Virus record (IMG/VR): IMGVR_UViG_3300037473_000391
Strand: one strand, 5' to 3'
Source: a virus
DNA length: 64,000 nucleotides
Shown here piece after piece: positions 1 to 7,835 of this stretch; positions within the stretch are counted from its first letter, which is position 1; each line of letters opens with the position of its first letter. The position numbers and the translations under genes are program-made. The notes under the pieces were generated by a model. It was not told the DNA's origin. It did not search any database and saw only the letters and a list, made by a program, of their open reading frames with translations.

Positions 1-31
1 GTTTCGTGTCCGCGACGGTGCTCTGGTCACG

Positions 32-289
32 GTGCTGCCAGCAAATGCACAGCATAAGCGGCGCCCGAAGCGAGGGCGCTCTCAGCAGGTCACGCGCGCG
101 CTCAACACGCTACGCGAACTCGCTCGATCTGAGCGCGGTATCGAACTCTCTGGTCAAGGCAATGAGTGCGACCTGCGCACCCGGTACCGTGACTTGGATG
201 CACTACGGGCGGCAGGGCTGCCGATTGAACAGCGCCAAGGCTGGGCCCGCGTGACGCGTGAGGCACTGTTGGAGTGGCTGGGGCAATGA
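32..289 (+). CDS. HTH_11-like DNA-binding protein (may be 5'-truncated by the window edge)
   Basis: The frame is open from nt 2, with a GTG at 32. The segment CDLRTRYRDLDALRAAGLPIEQ resembles the RTIxRDIxxLxxxGxPI signature of YafY/BirA-N type HTH regulators. It ends 7 nt before the next gene. Confidence 0.45.
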   Translation: MLPANAQHKRRPKRGRSQQVTRALNTLRELARSERGIELSGQGNECDLRTRYRDLDALRAAGLPIEQRQGWARVTREALLEWLGQ

Positions 290-295
290 GCTACA

Positions 296-1129
296 ATGCG
301 CGAATGGCAAAATCAAAAGGCTCAGGCGGAAGCGGTGGAACCAAAGGTGGAGGGAAATCTAGCACTAGAGGTGGATAGCCTAGCAATTCGTCGCGAGGAT
401 CTCATCCACGCGCAGCTCAAAGCGACACAGCGCAAGTTCGACCGCGCCCTGGTTGTTGTCTCAGAGGCACTAGCCAAGGGCGCGGTCGGCGTTTCATTCT
501 CCGGCGGCAAGGACTCAACCGTCGTCCTTGACCTTGTGCGACGCATCGATCCCAATTCCGCTGCCGCGTTTTTCGACAGTGGCGCGGAGTTGCAGGGGAC
601 AATTCAGATTGTTGCGGACTACGGCGTAGAGATTATTCACCCGCGCATGACGCTGCTGGATATGGCTCGCTACGTCGGATGGTGGGGCTACCACGATCCT
701 GTCGATCCGGACTGTGGGTTCGACGCTAAGACCGTTCTGATCCAAGAGCCGAGCGAGGCCTTCGTCGTCCGTCGGCGGCTGTCGGTCGTCGCGTACGGAC
801 TGCGCATGCAGGAGAGTGGCGGGCGTAAGGTTCACCTTGCCACGCGAGGTGAACTTTGGCGCGGGCGAGATCGCACATGGTATTGCGCACCGCTTGCAAA
901 ATGGTCGCTGTCGGACGTCTGGGCCTACATAGCGTCACGGAGGCTGCGCTACCATCCCGCCTACGACGCACTGAGCGCTGCAGGTATACCGCGTGAAGCC
1001 CAGCGCATTGGGGCCGCAATAGGAAGCGCGGGCGCAGGCATGGGGCGCCACTGGCACCTACGGATCGCTGAGCCTGAGACCTGGCGCCGGCTCGTCGTGG
1101 AGTTTCCAGCGCTTGCGGCGCAGAGTTGA
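296..1129 (+). CDS. PAPS reductase / PP-loop ATP pyrophosphatase family protein (DndC/CysH-like)
   Basis: PP-loop motif SFSGGKDSTVVLDLV is present. The 277-aa size is typical of phage PAPS-reductase-like proteins. Confidence 0.85.
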   Translation: MREWQNQKAQAEAVEPKVEGNLALEVDSLAIRREDLIHAQLKATQRKFDRALVVVSEALAKGAVGVSFSGGKDSTVVLDLVRRIDPNSAAAFFDSGAELQGTIQIVADYGVEIIHPRMTLLDMARYVGWWGYHDPVDPDCGFDAKTVLIQEPSEAFVVRRRLSVVAYGLRMQESGGRKVHLATRGELWRGRDRTWYCAPLAKWSLSDVWAYIASRRLRYHPAYDALSAAGIPREAQRIGAAIGSAGAGMGRHWHLRIAEPETWRRLVVEFPALAAQS

Positions 1130-1237
1130 GAAATCGACGCGCATCCCCCAAATACCTCTCGACACCATCGGACCATTGGTCCACTATCTACTCACCAGCC
1201 CGGCACAACGCCTGGGCGAGAACCGGAGATAAATCTG

Positions 1238-1921
1238 ATGACCACAATCCAAATTTTGATCAACTGGGAACGTCTACACGCTACCGCAAAGGCGGTTGAT
1301 GCGGTTCGTGGACAGCTGGGTCGCGACGGGTGCTTCGACGCTTTCGGCGGCTCCTACTTCGCGGACCACTACGAGGCACGCGGTCTTGCGGGACTACATC
1401 TGATCGCATGTGAGGCCAACAAAATCCGTCACGCAGCGTGGCACGCGATCCATGGCGCAGCGAGCGAGGCGGTGGCCGCATTGGTCCTGCGTGATCAGGA
1501 CGGCGCGCAAGCGTGGTGGTCGGTGGCCTGCGAGGGTCGCAAGGACATGCAGCACCGCTCGCGCCGCGGGGCGCGCTACCGTGCCAGCCGCTACGGCGGA
1601 AAGGCGGAACTCCGAGCGGCTACGTGGGCAGAGCGTCAACGACAGGACGCGGCGCAAAAGCGGCACGCCGCCGTGATTGACCGCTGCCGTCGCGCGGTCG
1701 AGACAGCGCTCGCGCTGCATGAGTTGTACCTGGCGCTCGCCGAGACGGGCATCATTGAATACTCACCGCAAAGCGAAATCTGCGGCGCTACAGACACGCT
1801 GCAGGTTACCGGGCTGCGCTGGTTGGCCGGGGAGCGTCAAGAGTCAGACAGGGGACCCTCTGTTGCCGCTGCGAAGGCGTTCGTTTTGGGCGGGATCGAA
1901 GCCCTGCGCGCGGCGATCTGA
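1238..1921 (+). CDS. hypothetical protein
   Basis: Track ORF, co-oriented with the plus-strand operon. No recognisable motif. Confidence 0.55.
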   Translation: MTTIQILINWERLHATAKAVDAVRGQLGRDGCFDAFGGSYFADHYEARGLAGLHLIACEANKIRHAAWHAIHGAASEAVAALVLRDQDGAQAWWSVACEGRKDMQHRSRRGARYRASRYGGKAELRAATWAERQRQDAAQKRHAAVIDRCRRAVETALALHELYLALAETGIIEYSPQSEICGATDTLQVTGLRWLAGERQESDRGPSVAAAKAFVLGGIEALRAAI

Positions 1922-2003
1922 CCTTCGGGCCCTGCCTCTCAGCTCAGCTAGGAGGCAGCCCCGAGGGCCGGAATTGTCCGCGACCCCGAGACCGGAGATA
2001 CCG

Positions 2004-2282
2004 ATGATCGTTAACGTTTTACACACAGCCCGCGTCCATCTATGGGCCGTCGCAACCATCCCCGTGCCAGAACCGAGGCACGCCCTGGAAACGAGCGTGA
2101 GACTTGGCGAGCGCGGTCCGCAATATATTGTGGTCACGTATCCCGACGGAGAGCACCGCGTGTACCCCACCTACCTGCCGCGCCGTAGGTCCATGCGAGA
2201 ACGCGGGCGTCGTCGCGCCATCTTGGCCGCTGTCGAGCGCGCGCTACCTCACACCACCCCATTGTCACCGGGGGCCTCGTGA
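2004..2282 (+). CDS. hypothetical protein (92 aa)
   Basis: This is an internal ATG of track ORF 1677..2282. GGAGA lies 5 nt upstream. Its stop overlaps the next start (GTGA at 2279-2282). Confidence 0.5.
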   Translation: MIVNVLHTARVHLWAVATIPVPEPRHALETSVRLGERGPQYIVVTYPDGEHRVYPTYLPRRRSMRERGRRRAILAAVERALPHTTPLSPGAS

Positions 2283-2692
2283 CAACCGCTAACCTATCGC
2301 ACTACACGATCAACACCGGGGACAGTCGCCGGTCGCCCCGATCGGAGGTGTCGGCCGAAGCGCTGGCCGCTTGCAAGACGCTGCTTGGTGTCGGCACCCA
2401 CGCGCTGCCGATTGGCGACTGCGACCTGCGGGTCACGCGAAACACACGCGACGAATTCGCGGCCGAGGTGTGGCGCGACGTACTCATCGCAACGATCTGG
2501 GTGTGCAGGGATCGCGCATCGTTGCAGCGTGTCCTCACAGAGACAGGGGCGCCAGCGAGCGATCTGTCGACCCCTGTGTGCTTGGCGCGGCTCGAAGCCG
2601 GCTCGCTGCAGCACCAGGATACGCTTGATTGGCTCGCAGACTTCGAACGCTGCCTTGCGTGGGCATTCTTGGAGCAGCATGACGACCGCTAA
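2279..2692 (+). CDS. hypothetical protein
   Basis: GTG start overlaps the upstream stop. No motif recognised. Confidence 0.5.
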   Translation: MTTANLSHYTINTGDSRRSPRSEVSAEALAACKTLLGVGTHALPIGDCDLRVTRNTRDEFAAEVWRDVLIATIWVCRDRASLQRVLTETGAPASDLSTPVCLARLEAGSLQHQDTLDWLADFERCLAWAFLEQHDDR

Positions 2693-3119
2693 CCTGCAGC
2701 AACTAATACAACAGGACACCCGAGCTACTGCTCGGGTACTCCGGTACCTACGGGCTAACGGTGTGGACCGCTATAACGAAATCTCAGGCGCGGCACTCGG
2801 TGCAGTCTGCGGCATCGACTCGCGCTCTTGGCGGCGCTGGGTCGACGGGACGCGCATGATGCCCGCGATGGCACGCAGGCTGCTGTGCCAAGTTGCCGGC
2901 GTTGAGCTGCCGTGGGTTACGCTGCCAATCGAAGGACATGTGCCCAAGGCTATGCAGCACGCTGACGGCGCCGAAGTGCTCGTGCGACTGTCAAATGGGC
3001 AGGAACTATTGGCGCGCTGGCGTCAGGGCGACACGGCGCACTCGGGTTGGTACGTGGACACCGAGGGCGAGCCCGTTGAGTCTGGCTCCGTCGCGGTTGT
3101 GGCGGTGTTGCCGCTATGA
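2679..3119 (+). CDS. HTH DNA-binding protein with a DUF551-like C-terminal half
   Basis: This is an internal ATG at 2679 of track ORF 2385..3119. ISGAALGAVCGIDSRSWRRWVDGTR looks like an XRE/Ner-type HTH. The C-terminal W-rich segment ends in VAVLPL, as DUF551 domains do. Confidence 0.5.
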   Translation: MTTANLQQLIQQDTRATARVLRYLRANGVDRYNEISGAALGAVCGIDSRSWRRWVDGTRMMPAMARRLLCQVAGVELPWVTLPIEGHVPKAMQHADGAEVLVRLSNGQELLARWRQGDTAHSGWYVDTEGEPVESGSVAVVAVLPL

Positions 3120-4180
3120 CGCGACTCGCCTGCGCCAACGCGCACCACCACGTTGGTCACTACCTCATGGGGATCGGCATCTTGTCGGTGTTATCCCGCA
3201 GCCACCCAACCATGCTGGCACATTGGGAGCGTGAGGAGCTTTGCGTCAATCTCGACAGGGGCATACTGATCGATCTACTGCTCAACATTGCCAGAGCCGG
3301 CGCTTGGCGCGCTCCAACAGCCCGCCAATATCACCCGCTCTTCGCGCAGTGGGGGCGACGTGAGCCGCACACATGGCAGCCATTCGCTCGGGAACTGCTG
3401 CGCGATGACCAGCGCCGAACCGAACTCGAAGCTCTGATCGATGGCGAAAGCTTCATCATTCGCAGGCCGCCGACAACTTGGAACGGAAAAGTCATTGGCG
3501 AAGCCACGTTTCGCGCCTACGGCATGGGCACGATCTATCCCAACACGGTGCCCGATCGCGCAGGAAGCGGCATCGGCGCCGCGCTCTCCCCATGGCAGGC
3601 AGTGTTAGCCTGGGAGGCGCTGTGCTGGATTGGCGTGTCTACCGTCTCGATGCAGGACTACGCCTGGTCCAATCCGAGCGACGTTGCGCCATACAAGGCG
3701 TGGCACGCGGTTACCTGGGATACGCCGGTAGAACTGCGTCGAGCACAGCTACTGTGGCGCCCCAGAGGACGCTTCGCTGGAGAGCTTTGGAGCGATTGGC
3801 TGAAGGGGCAAGGCGCGCCGCTGCTTCGCCCATTTGGGCGACTGAGTCTACATCGCCATCAGTTTCGCCAGACCGACGGCAGCAAATGCGCCGAGGCGTT
3901 TGGGTCAATAGACCACAATGCGACGCGCGCACTGAACGCTGCTACCAATAGGATAACGGTTGGTTCTCCACGAATGGCGCTTTCTCTGCCGCGTCGTATG
4001 GAATGGTTTCGAGAGCTTCGATCTACTCCCGTGAGTGAGTTTGATGCGTGGACGGAAGTTCCTGAGTCGGTTCGGCGCTGGTACGCGCAGCAGGCCAATT
4101 CGCGTCGCGCTGATTCCGAGCGAATGCCGAAGCGGGTGCAACGGTTTCTCGAGCGGCGCGGGGTTCAGATCTGCGGCTGA
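3116..4180 (+). CDS. hypothetical protein (354 aa), last gene of the plus-strand operon
   Basis: ATGA overlap with the upstream gene. W/R-rich protein with no recognisable motif. Confidence 0.6.
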   Translation: MTRLACANAHHHVGHYLMGIGILSVLSRSHPTMLAHWEREELCVNLDRGILIDLLLNIARAGAWRAPTARQYHPLFAQWGRREPHTWQPFARELLRDDQRRTELEALIDGESFIIRRPPTTWNGKVIGEATFRAYGMGTIYPNTVPDRAGSGIGAALSPWQAVLAWEALCWIGVSTVSMQDYAWSNPSDVAPYKAWHAVTWDTPVELRRAQLLWRPRGRFAGELWSDWLKGQGAPLLRPFGRLSLHRHQFRQTDGSKCAEAFGSIDHNATRALNAATNRITVGSPRMALSLPRRMEWFRELRSTPVSEFDAWTEVPESVRRWYAQQANSRRADSERMPKRVQRFLERRGVQICG

Positions 4181-4187
4181 AATAGCG

Positions 4188-4215
4188 AAAACCCCGCCAG
4201 CCGAAGCCAGCGGGG
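4188..4215 (-). terminator. putative intrinsic terminator for leftward transcription
   Basis: The minus strand reads CCCCGC-N12-GCGGGG followed by TTTT. It sits between tRNA-Pro and the convergent plus-strand operon. The stem is only 6 bp. Confidence 0.35.
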
Positions 4216-4224
4216 TCAACCGAG

Positions 4225-4296
4225 TTGGGGTGGAGGGACTCGAACCCCCGGCATCCTGCTCCCAAAGCAGGCCGTCTACCACTGACTTACACCCCA
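4225..4296 (-). tRNA. tRNA-Pro (anticodon TGG)
   Basis: Hand-folded cloverleaf. Acceptor TGGGGTG/CACCCCA; anticodon arm CCTGC-TTTGGGA-GCAGG; T arm GGGGG-TTCGAGT-CCCTC. No encoded CCA. Confidence 0.8.
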
Positions 4297-4326
4297 GAAA
4301 GGTGAACAGCCAGCGTCACGGGTTTG

Positions 4327-4398
4327 GGTGACGGGCGCGATTCGAACGCGCGATGACTGGGGCCACATCCCAGCGCCTTACCACTTGGCTACCGCCAC
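4327..4398 (-). tRNA. tRNA-His (anticodon GTG)
   Basis: Acceptor GTGGCGG/CCGTCAC (one G-U pair); anticodon arm CTGGG-ATGTGGC-CCCAG; T arm GCGCG-TTCGAAT-CGCGC. The base at -1 is T, so no G-1 is encoded. Confidence 0.8.
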
Positions 4399-4450
4399 AG
4401 AAGAACTGCGAGCAAGTCATTGGCGATGGCGATGGGTGAGCATGTGAACT

Positions 4451-4523
4451 TGGTGGAGCCGTAGGGAGTTGAACCCTAGCAGGGTACGCGTGCAAAGCGG
4501 TCTGGCAGCCCGTGCGCGGCCCC
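4451..4523 (-). tRNA. tRNA-Ala(TGC)-like, atypical (possible pseudo-tRNA)
   Basis: Good acceptor GGGGCCG/CGGCTCC with G3:U70, a T arm TAGGG-TTCAACT-CCCTA and an encoded CCA. The loop TTTGCAC is identical to the tRNA-Ala(UGC) loop. However, the anticodon stem has only 3 bp and the D arm is degenerate. Confidence 0.45.
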
Positions 4524-4527
4524 GGAG

Positions 4528-4604
4528 TGGTTGCGCCTGCTGGATTTGAACCAGCGGCCTTCAGGTTATGAGCCTGACGAGGTACCGGACTCCTCTAAAG
4601 CGCA
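4528..4604 (-). tRNA. tRNA-Met (anticodon CAT; elongator type or tRNA-Ile2)
   Basis: Acceptor TGCGCTT/AGGCGCA; D arm GAGG-AGTCCGGTA-CCTC; anticodon arm TCAGG-CTCATAA-CCTGA; T arm GCTGG-TTCAAAT-CCAGC. CCA is encoded. Confidence 0.85.
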
Positions 4605-4641
4605 ACGGGAAGGTAACCCAAGACAAACAGCCGCGCAAGTC

Positions 4642-4959
4642 CTAGGGAACCTGAGCGGCCAAACCGATCAATTCCCGCACGGTCGGCATGAGGACCTGGA
4701 GGATCGCCGCGACGGCCCCAAGAACCGCCGCTGTGGCGGTCAGGAGTGCGGTCCAGCGCGCAATTGGCGGCATCGCCTGCACGGTCTCGACGACGCGCCT
4801 GGAGAGCGGCGCGCGGTCCGCTGGGGGGCGCAGGGAGGTGAGCTGGACGCGGAGCTCGGCGAGCTGACGCTCGGCTTCCTGGCGCGCCCTACGCTCTGCG
4901 AACAGAGGGTTCTCGAACTGAGCGCTCGGTCTCGTGGTGGGGGGCGGGGTATCGGTCAA
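4642..4959 (-). CDS. hypothetical coiled-coil protein with a C-terminal transmembrane segment
   Basis: Proposed TTG start in a TTGA overlap with the upstream stop. The hydrophobic tail is WTALLTATAAVLGAVAAILQVL. Confidence 0.4.
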   Translation of the reverse strand: MTDTPPPTTRPSAQFENPLFAERRARQEAERQLAELRVQLTSLRPPADRAPLSRRVVETVQAMPPIARWTALLTATAAVLGAVAAILQVLMPTVRELIGLAAQVP

Positions 4960-5411
4960 GGGCTGCTCGGTTTCTGGGATCGCGCCGCGGCTTCTGCTTC
5001 CGCACAGGCGGCTCGGCACTTGCGCAAAGCCTCGTTGATCAGATCGATGTCACCCTGGTCTTGGGCGTGGCAAACGTAGAACTTGATCGCGCCCTCCCCC
5101 GCGTTCTTGATGCCTTCGCGATGGGCGTAAACCTTGTGCCCTCTGTCCGATAGTTCCAGCGCCGGGTATGCATATGCGCGCCCCAAAGCGGATGCGTTGA
5201 GCATCGTGTGTGTTGGCGATTCGCCACTTAGAATCCCGCGCACGAAAACCATGAACTGGTCGCGATCCCAGGATCCGCAGAACCAGCAGCACAGATCCCC
5301 ATTGGGGCACACGCGGTCCACTCGCTCTGCCTCAGGTAGCCGCTCGCCAAACGGATGTCCGTCCTGTTGCGGACAACGCCGTGGTGATGAGACTTGGGCT
5401 TGTTCGGTCAT
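4956..5411 (-). CDS. hypothetical Cys-containing protein
   Basis: 4-nt overlap with the upstream gene. No motif recognised. Confidence 0.55.
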   Translation of the reverse strand: MTEQAQVSSPRRCPQQDGHPFGERLPEAERVDRVCPNGDLCCWFCGSWDRDQFMVFVRGILSGESPTHTMLNASALGRAYAYPALELSDRGHKVYAHREGIKNAGEGAIKFYVCHAQDQGDIDLINEALRKCRAACAEAEAAARSQKPSSP

Positions 5412-5650
5412 GGGTGCGGCTCCTTCTTCGCCAACTTGGCGTTGAGTTTCTCTTCGAGGATCGCGTGCTCGCGACGCTCGGTGATCTTGCCCGAATAGTT
5501 CGCCTCGGCGCCGGCAGCCGCCCCCTGGCGCTCGGCCGTGGCGTCACCAGGCTCGGTGCTAGTCACCTCGGGTTTACTCCCGCCTAACCACCGGATCAGC
5601 GCCCTGCCCCCGTCGAGCGCGAGTGCTTGCGCGACACTGGTCCAGCTCAC
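5408..5650 (-). CDS. hypothetical protein
   Basis: 4-nt overlaps on both sides. Confidence 0.5.
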   Translation of the reverse strand: MSWTSVAQALALDGGRALIRWLGGSKPEVTSTEPGDATAERQGAAAGAEANYSGKITERREHAILEEKLNAKLAKKEPHP

Positions 5651-6369
5651 GGTGCGCCCCGCAGCTGAATGGCAGCGAGCACGGCGTCTGTTAGTGCGCG
5701 GGGCTCGAACGGCTTGTCGAGTAGCGCGTACTGATTGCGATCCGCCACTGCCTCAAGCTCCACCAGCGGATAGCCCGACGTCAGGACCACTCCGCATGAC
5801 GGAGATCGGCGCCGAAGGTCTCCCGCGAGAGCGACGCCATCGGAATCGGCGAGCCGCACGTCAACGACGATGCACGAGAGATTTGCCGGGCCAACGCGCT
5901 CAGCTCGGAGTCTCGCGTCAGTGGCATTTCGCTCGTAGTATACGGTAGCGCCGGCCTCGCTCAGGATCGTGCGCATCACGGGGAGCAAGTGCGGATCGTC
6001 CTCAACGACGAGCACGACCAGCCTGGCGAGTTCTTCGCTGTGCAGGTCCCTGCCACGGGCTAACAGCACGGTGAGAGCATTGCTCTGGCGAGCCGCGATG
6101 TCCGCCATGGCGAGTTCCCATCGATCTCGACGCTGGGCCCTGGTCGCGAGTGCTTCGTTCGCGGCCGCGAGTTCAGCAAGGCGATCGGCCAGGATGCGCC
6201 AACGGTGCTCATCGAGTTCTCGTGTCTCCTCAGGGGTACGCTCGCCGCCATCCTGCTCGATCGTGACACGCGAGACGCGATCGGTTTCGTCGGCGTCAGG
6301 CGGCAGGGACGGGATCGTGTCGCGCACGGCGCGCATGTCCACTTGGGTGTCAGCGGTTGCGTCGCTCAC
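5647..6369 (-). CDS. CheY-like receiver (REC) domain protein with an N-terminal coiled-coil region
   Basis: The C-terminal 120 aa carry all the REC landmarks: VLVVEDD, the phosphoacceptor context IVVDVRLADSDG, VVLTSGY and LLDKPFEP. Confidence 0.8.
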   Translation of the reverse strand: MSDATADTQVDMRAVRDTIPSLPPDADETDRVSRVTIEQDGGERTPEETRELDEHRWRILADRLAELAAANEALATRAQRRDRWELAMADIAARQSNALTVLLARGRDLHSEELARLVVLVVEDDPHLLPVMRTILSEAGATVYYERNATDARLRAERVGPANLSCIVVDVRLADSDGVALAGDLRRRSPSCGVVLTSGYPLVELEAVADRNQYALLDKPFEPRALTDAVLAAIQLRGAP

Positions 6370-7052
6370 ACCTTCACCGCCTTGAGCTCCTGCGATCCCG
6401 TGCGCACCGTGGGGGCAACGGCGTCTGGAAAGACGGCCTCGCGTATGACGTCCAGGTTAACACATGGGCCGGGGTCGAATTTTCTTCCCGGCGCCACTTG
6501 ATCGTGCCCGAGCACTTCCCGGATCGTCGGGTACGCCGCGCGCAATGTCGCGCACAACTGGATCAAGAGTTCGATCTCTTCATCGGTGAACGGCGCCCAG
6601 TGGTTCCACTCGTGCGGCGCGAGACCGCTCGCATGGGTCGCAGCAACAGAGTCGCCGACCCAGCGGGACCCCCAGGTCGTGAACAGCTGACCGTTGCGGA
6701 GTAACAGCGGACCCGGGTTCGAGACTTCGATCCCGATTGCCCAGCCGTTGAGCGCTGGTCTTCCGTTCCAGCTCGATTCACCTGCGTGGTAGGCGCGTCG
6801 GTTGAACGGAACCATCTGGGCGCACTGCAGCACCGAGCGCTCACCCTCGCGATAGCCGTCGATGGCCAGGTGGCAGGAAACGTAGTCGCGCGCCTTGAGC
6901 GCCTGCACGGTGCCCTGCAGGTTAGCCGTCACGGAGTAGTGGACGATGATAGCCTCGGGCACGATGGGGCCACCGCGATCACTCTCCAGCAAACGCTGCA
7001 GTTGTACGCTGTCGGCAGGCTCGGTTTCGAGCCAGTGATCAACTACCCGCAT
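6366..7052 (-). CDS. N-acetylmuramoyl-L-alanine amidase (Amidase_2/PGRP type endolysin)
   Basis: Motifs IIVHYSVT, AYHAGESSWNG, NGWAIGIEVSNPG and GHDQVAPGRKFDPGP. Confidence 0.9.
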   Translation of the reverse strand: MRVVDHWLETEPADSVQLQRLLESDRGGPIVPEAIIVHYSVTANLQGTVQALKARDYVSCHLAIDGYREGERSVLQCAQMVPFNRRAYHAGESSWNGRPALNGWAIGIEVSNPGPLLLRNGQLFTTWGSRWVGDSVAATHASGLAPHEWNHWAPFTDEEIELLIQLCATLRAAYPTIREVLGHDQVAPGRKFDPGPCVNLDVIREAVFPDAVAPTVRTGSQELKAVKV

Positions 7053-7242
7053 TCTCTCCTCTTTCGGCTCGCTCGATCCGGTTGTTCAGAATGGCGACCA
7101 GGCGCTTGAGTCGTGTTGAGTGCGATGGGTCAACATACGTGCCCGCGACCGCGAGACGATCGAGCACTTCGACGCGACTGTGGAGTTCATCGCGCACGCT
7201 GCGCGCGTCCGACAGGTCGAGCGCGATGACGATTTCAGACAT
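7039..7242 (-). CDS. hypothetical protein
   Basis: Track ORF within the lysis cassette. Confidence 0.45.
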   Translation of the reverse strand: MSEIVIALDLSDARSVRDELHSRVEVLDRLAVAGTYVDPSHSTRLKRLVAILNNRIERAERGENAGS

Positions 7243-7651
7243 CGGGCCCTTTGCCGACTGCGTTCACGACGGCATCAGCGATCACTCGCCGCGACGTTGG
7301 CCCGTCGAGAGGCACACCAAGTGCGCCGCGGTATGGCGCGGGTGAGGCTTTGACGAGGTGGTGGATCAGAGGTGCCAGCATCCCTGACGCAGCACCTTTG
7401 GCTGCGCTCCACGGGTCGTCGCCAGCGCCAAGCGCACCGAGTGCAGCAGAAGCGAGCACGCTCGGCAACGTCTGCAGCGTGTTTTCTAGCCACCCACCCG
7501 GAGGGCCCCAGCGCAACAGCGCCGACCAGAGCGCAGGGCAGTACTTGCGCACCGCGTAGGTGGCGAGCCACGAGCAAAGCGTCAGCGACAGGAATGGCGC
7601 CGCAGGGTTGATGCCTTCGAGCCAGAGTCGCGATTCGACGAAGATGTTCAT
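7235..7651 (-). CDS. membrane protein, putative holin
   Basis: Several hydrophobic segments and a position just upstream of the amidase. Confidence 0.45.
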   Translation of the reverse strand: MNIFVESRLWLEGINPAAPFLSLTLCSWLATYAVRKYCPALWSALLRWGPPGGWLENTLQTLPSVLASAALGALGAGDDPWSAAKGAASGMLAPLIHHLVKASPAPYRGALGVPLDGPTSRRVIADAVVNAVGKGPDV

Positions 7652-7833
7652 CTGACGGTGCTATTCTCCCAAGGCGAGATCGGCTTTGGGTTTCCTGGGG
7701 GCTTGCCGTTTCCGTTGTCGCTCGGCTTCGAGTTTTGCGGAACCGATCTCAATCGCTTCAACGAGCGCGAGCCCGCAAACGGCGCAATGATCGCTGTGGA
7801 CGTGGTCGTACGCATGAGCGTGTTGACGAACAT
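7648..7833 (-). CDS. hypothetical protein (61 aa)
   Basis: Internal ATG of track ORF 7648..8214. High GC3. 4-nt overlap with the downstream gene. Abuts the upstream stop. Confidence 0.35.
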   Translation of the reverse strand: MFVNTLMRTTTSTAIIAPFAGSRSLKRLRSVPQNSKPSDNGNGKPPGNPKPISPWENSTVR

Positions 7834-7835
7834 CG

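Noticed and set aside
6-254. Track ORF 6..254 as the first gene.
   Set aside because: It overlaps 32..289 in another frame and has S/R/A-rich off-frame composition. The 32..289 frame carries the HTH-like motif and abuts the next gene.
4399-4450. A fifth tRNA in the spacer between tRNA-His and the Ala-like element.
   Set aside because: I could not find an acceptor or T-arm pairing in this 52-nt spacer.
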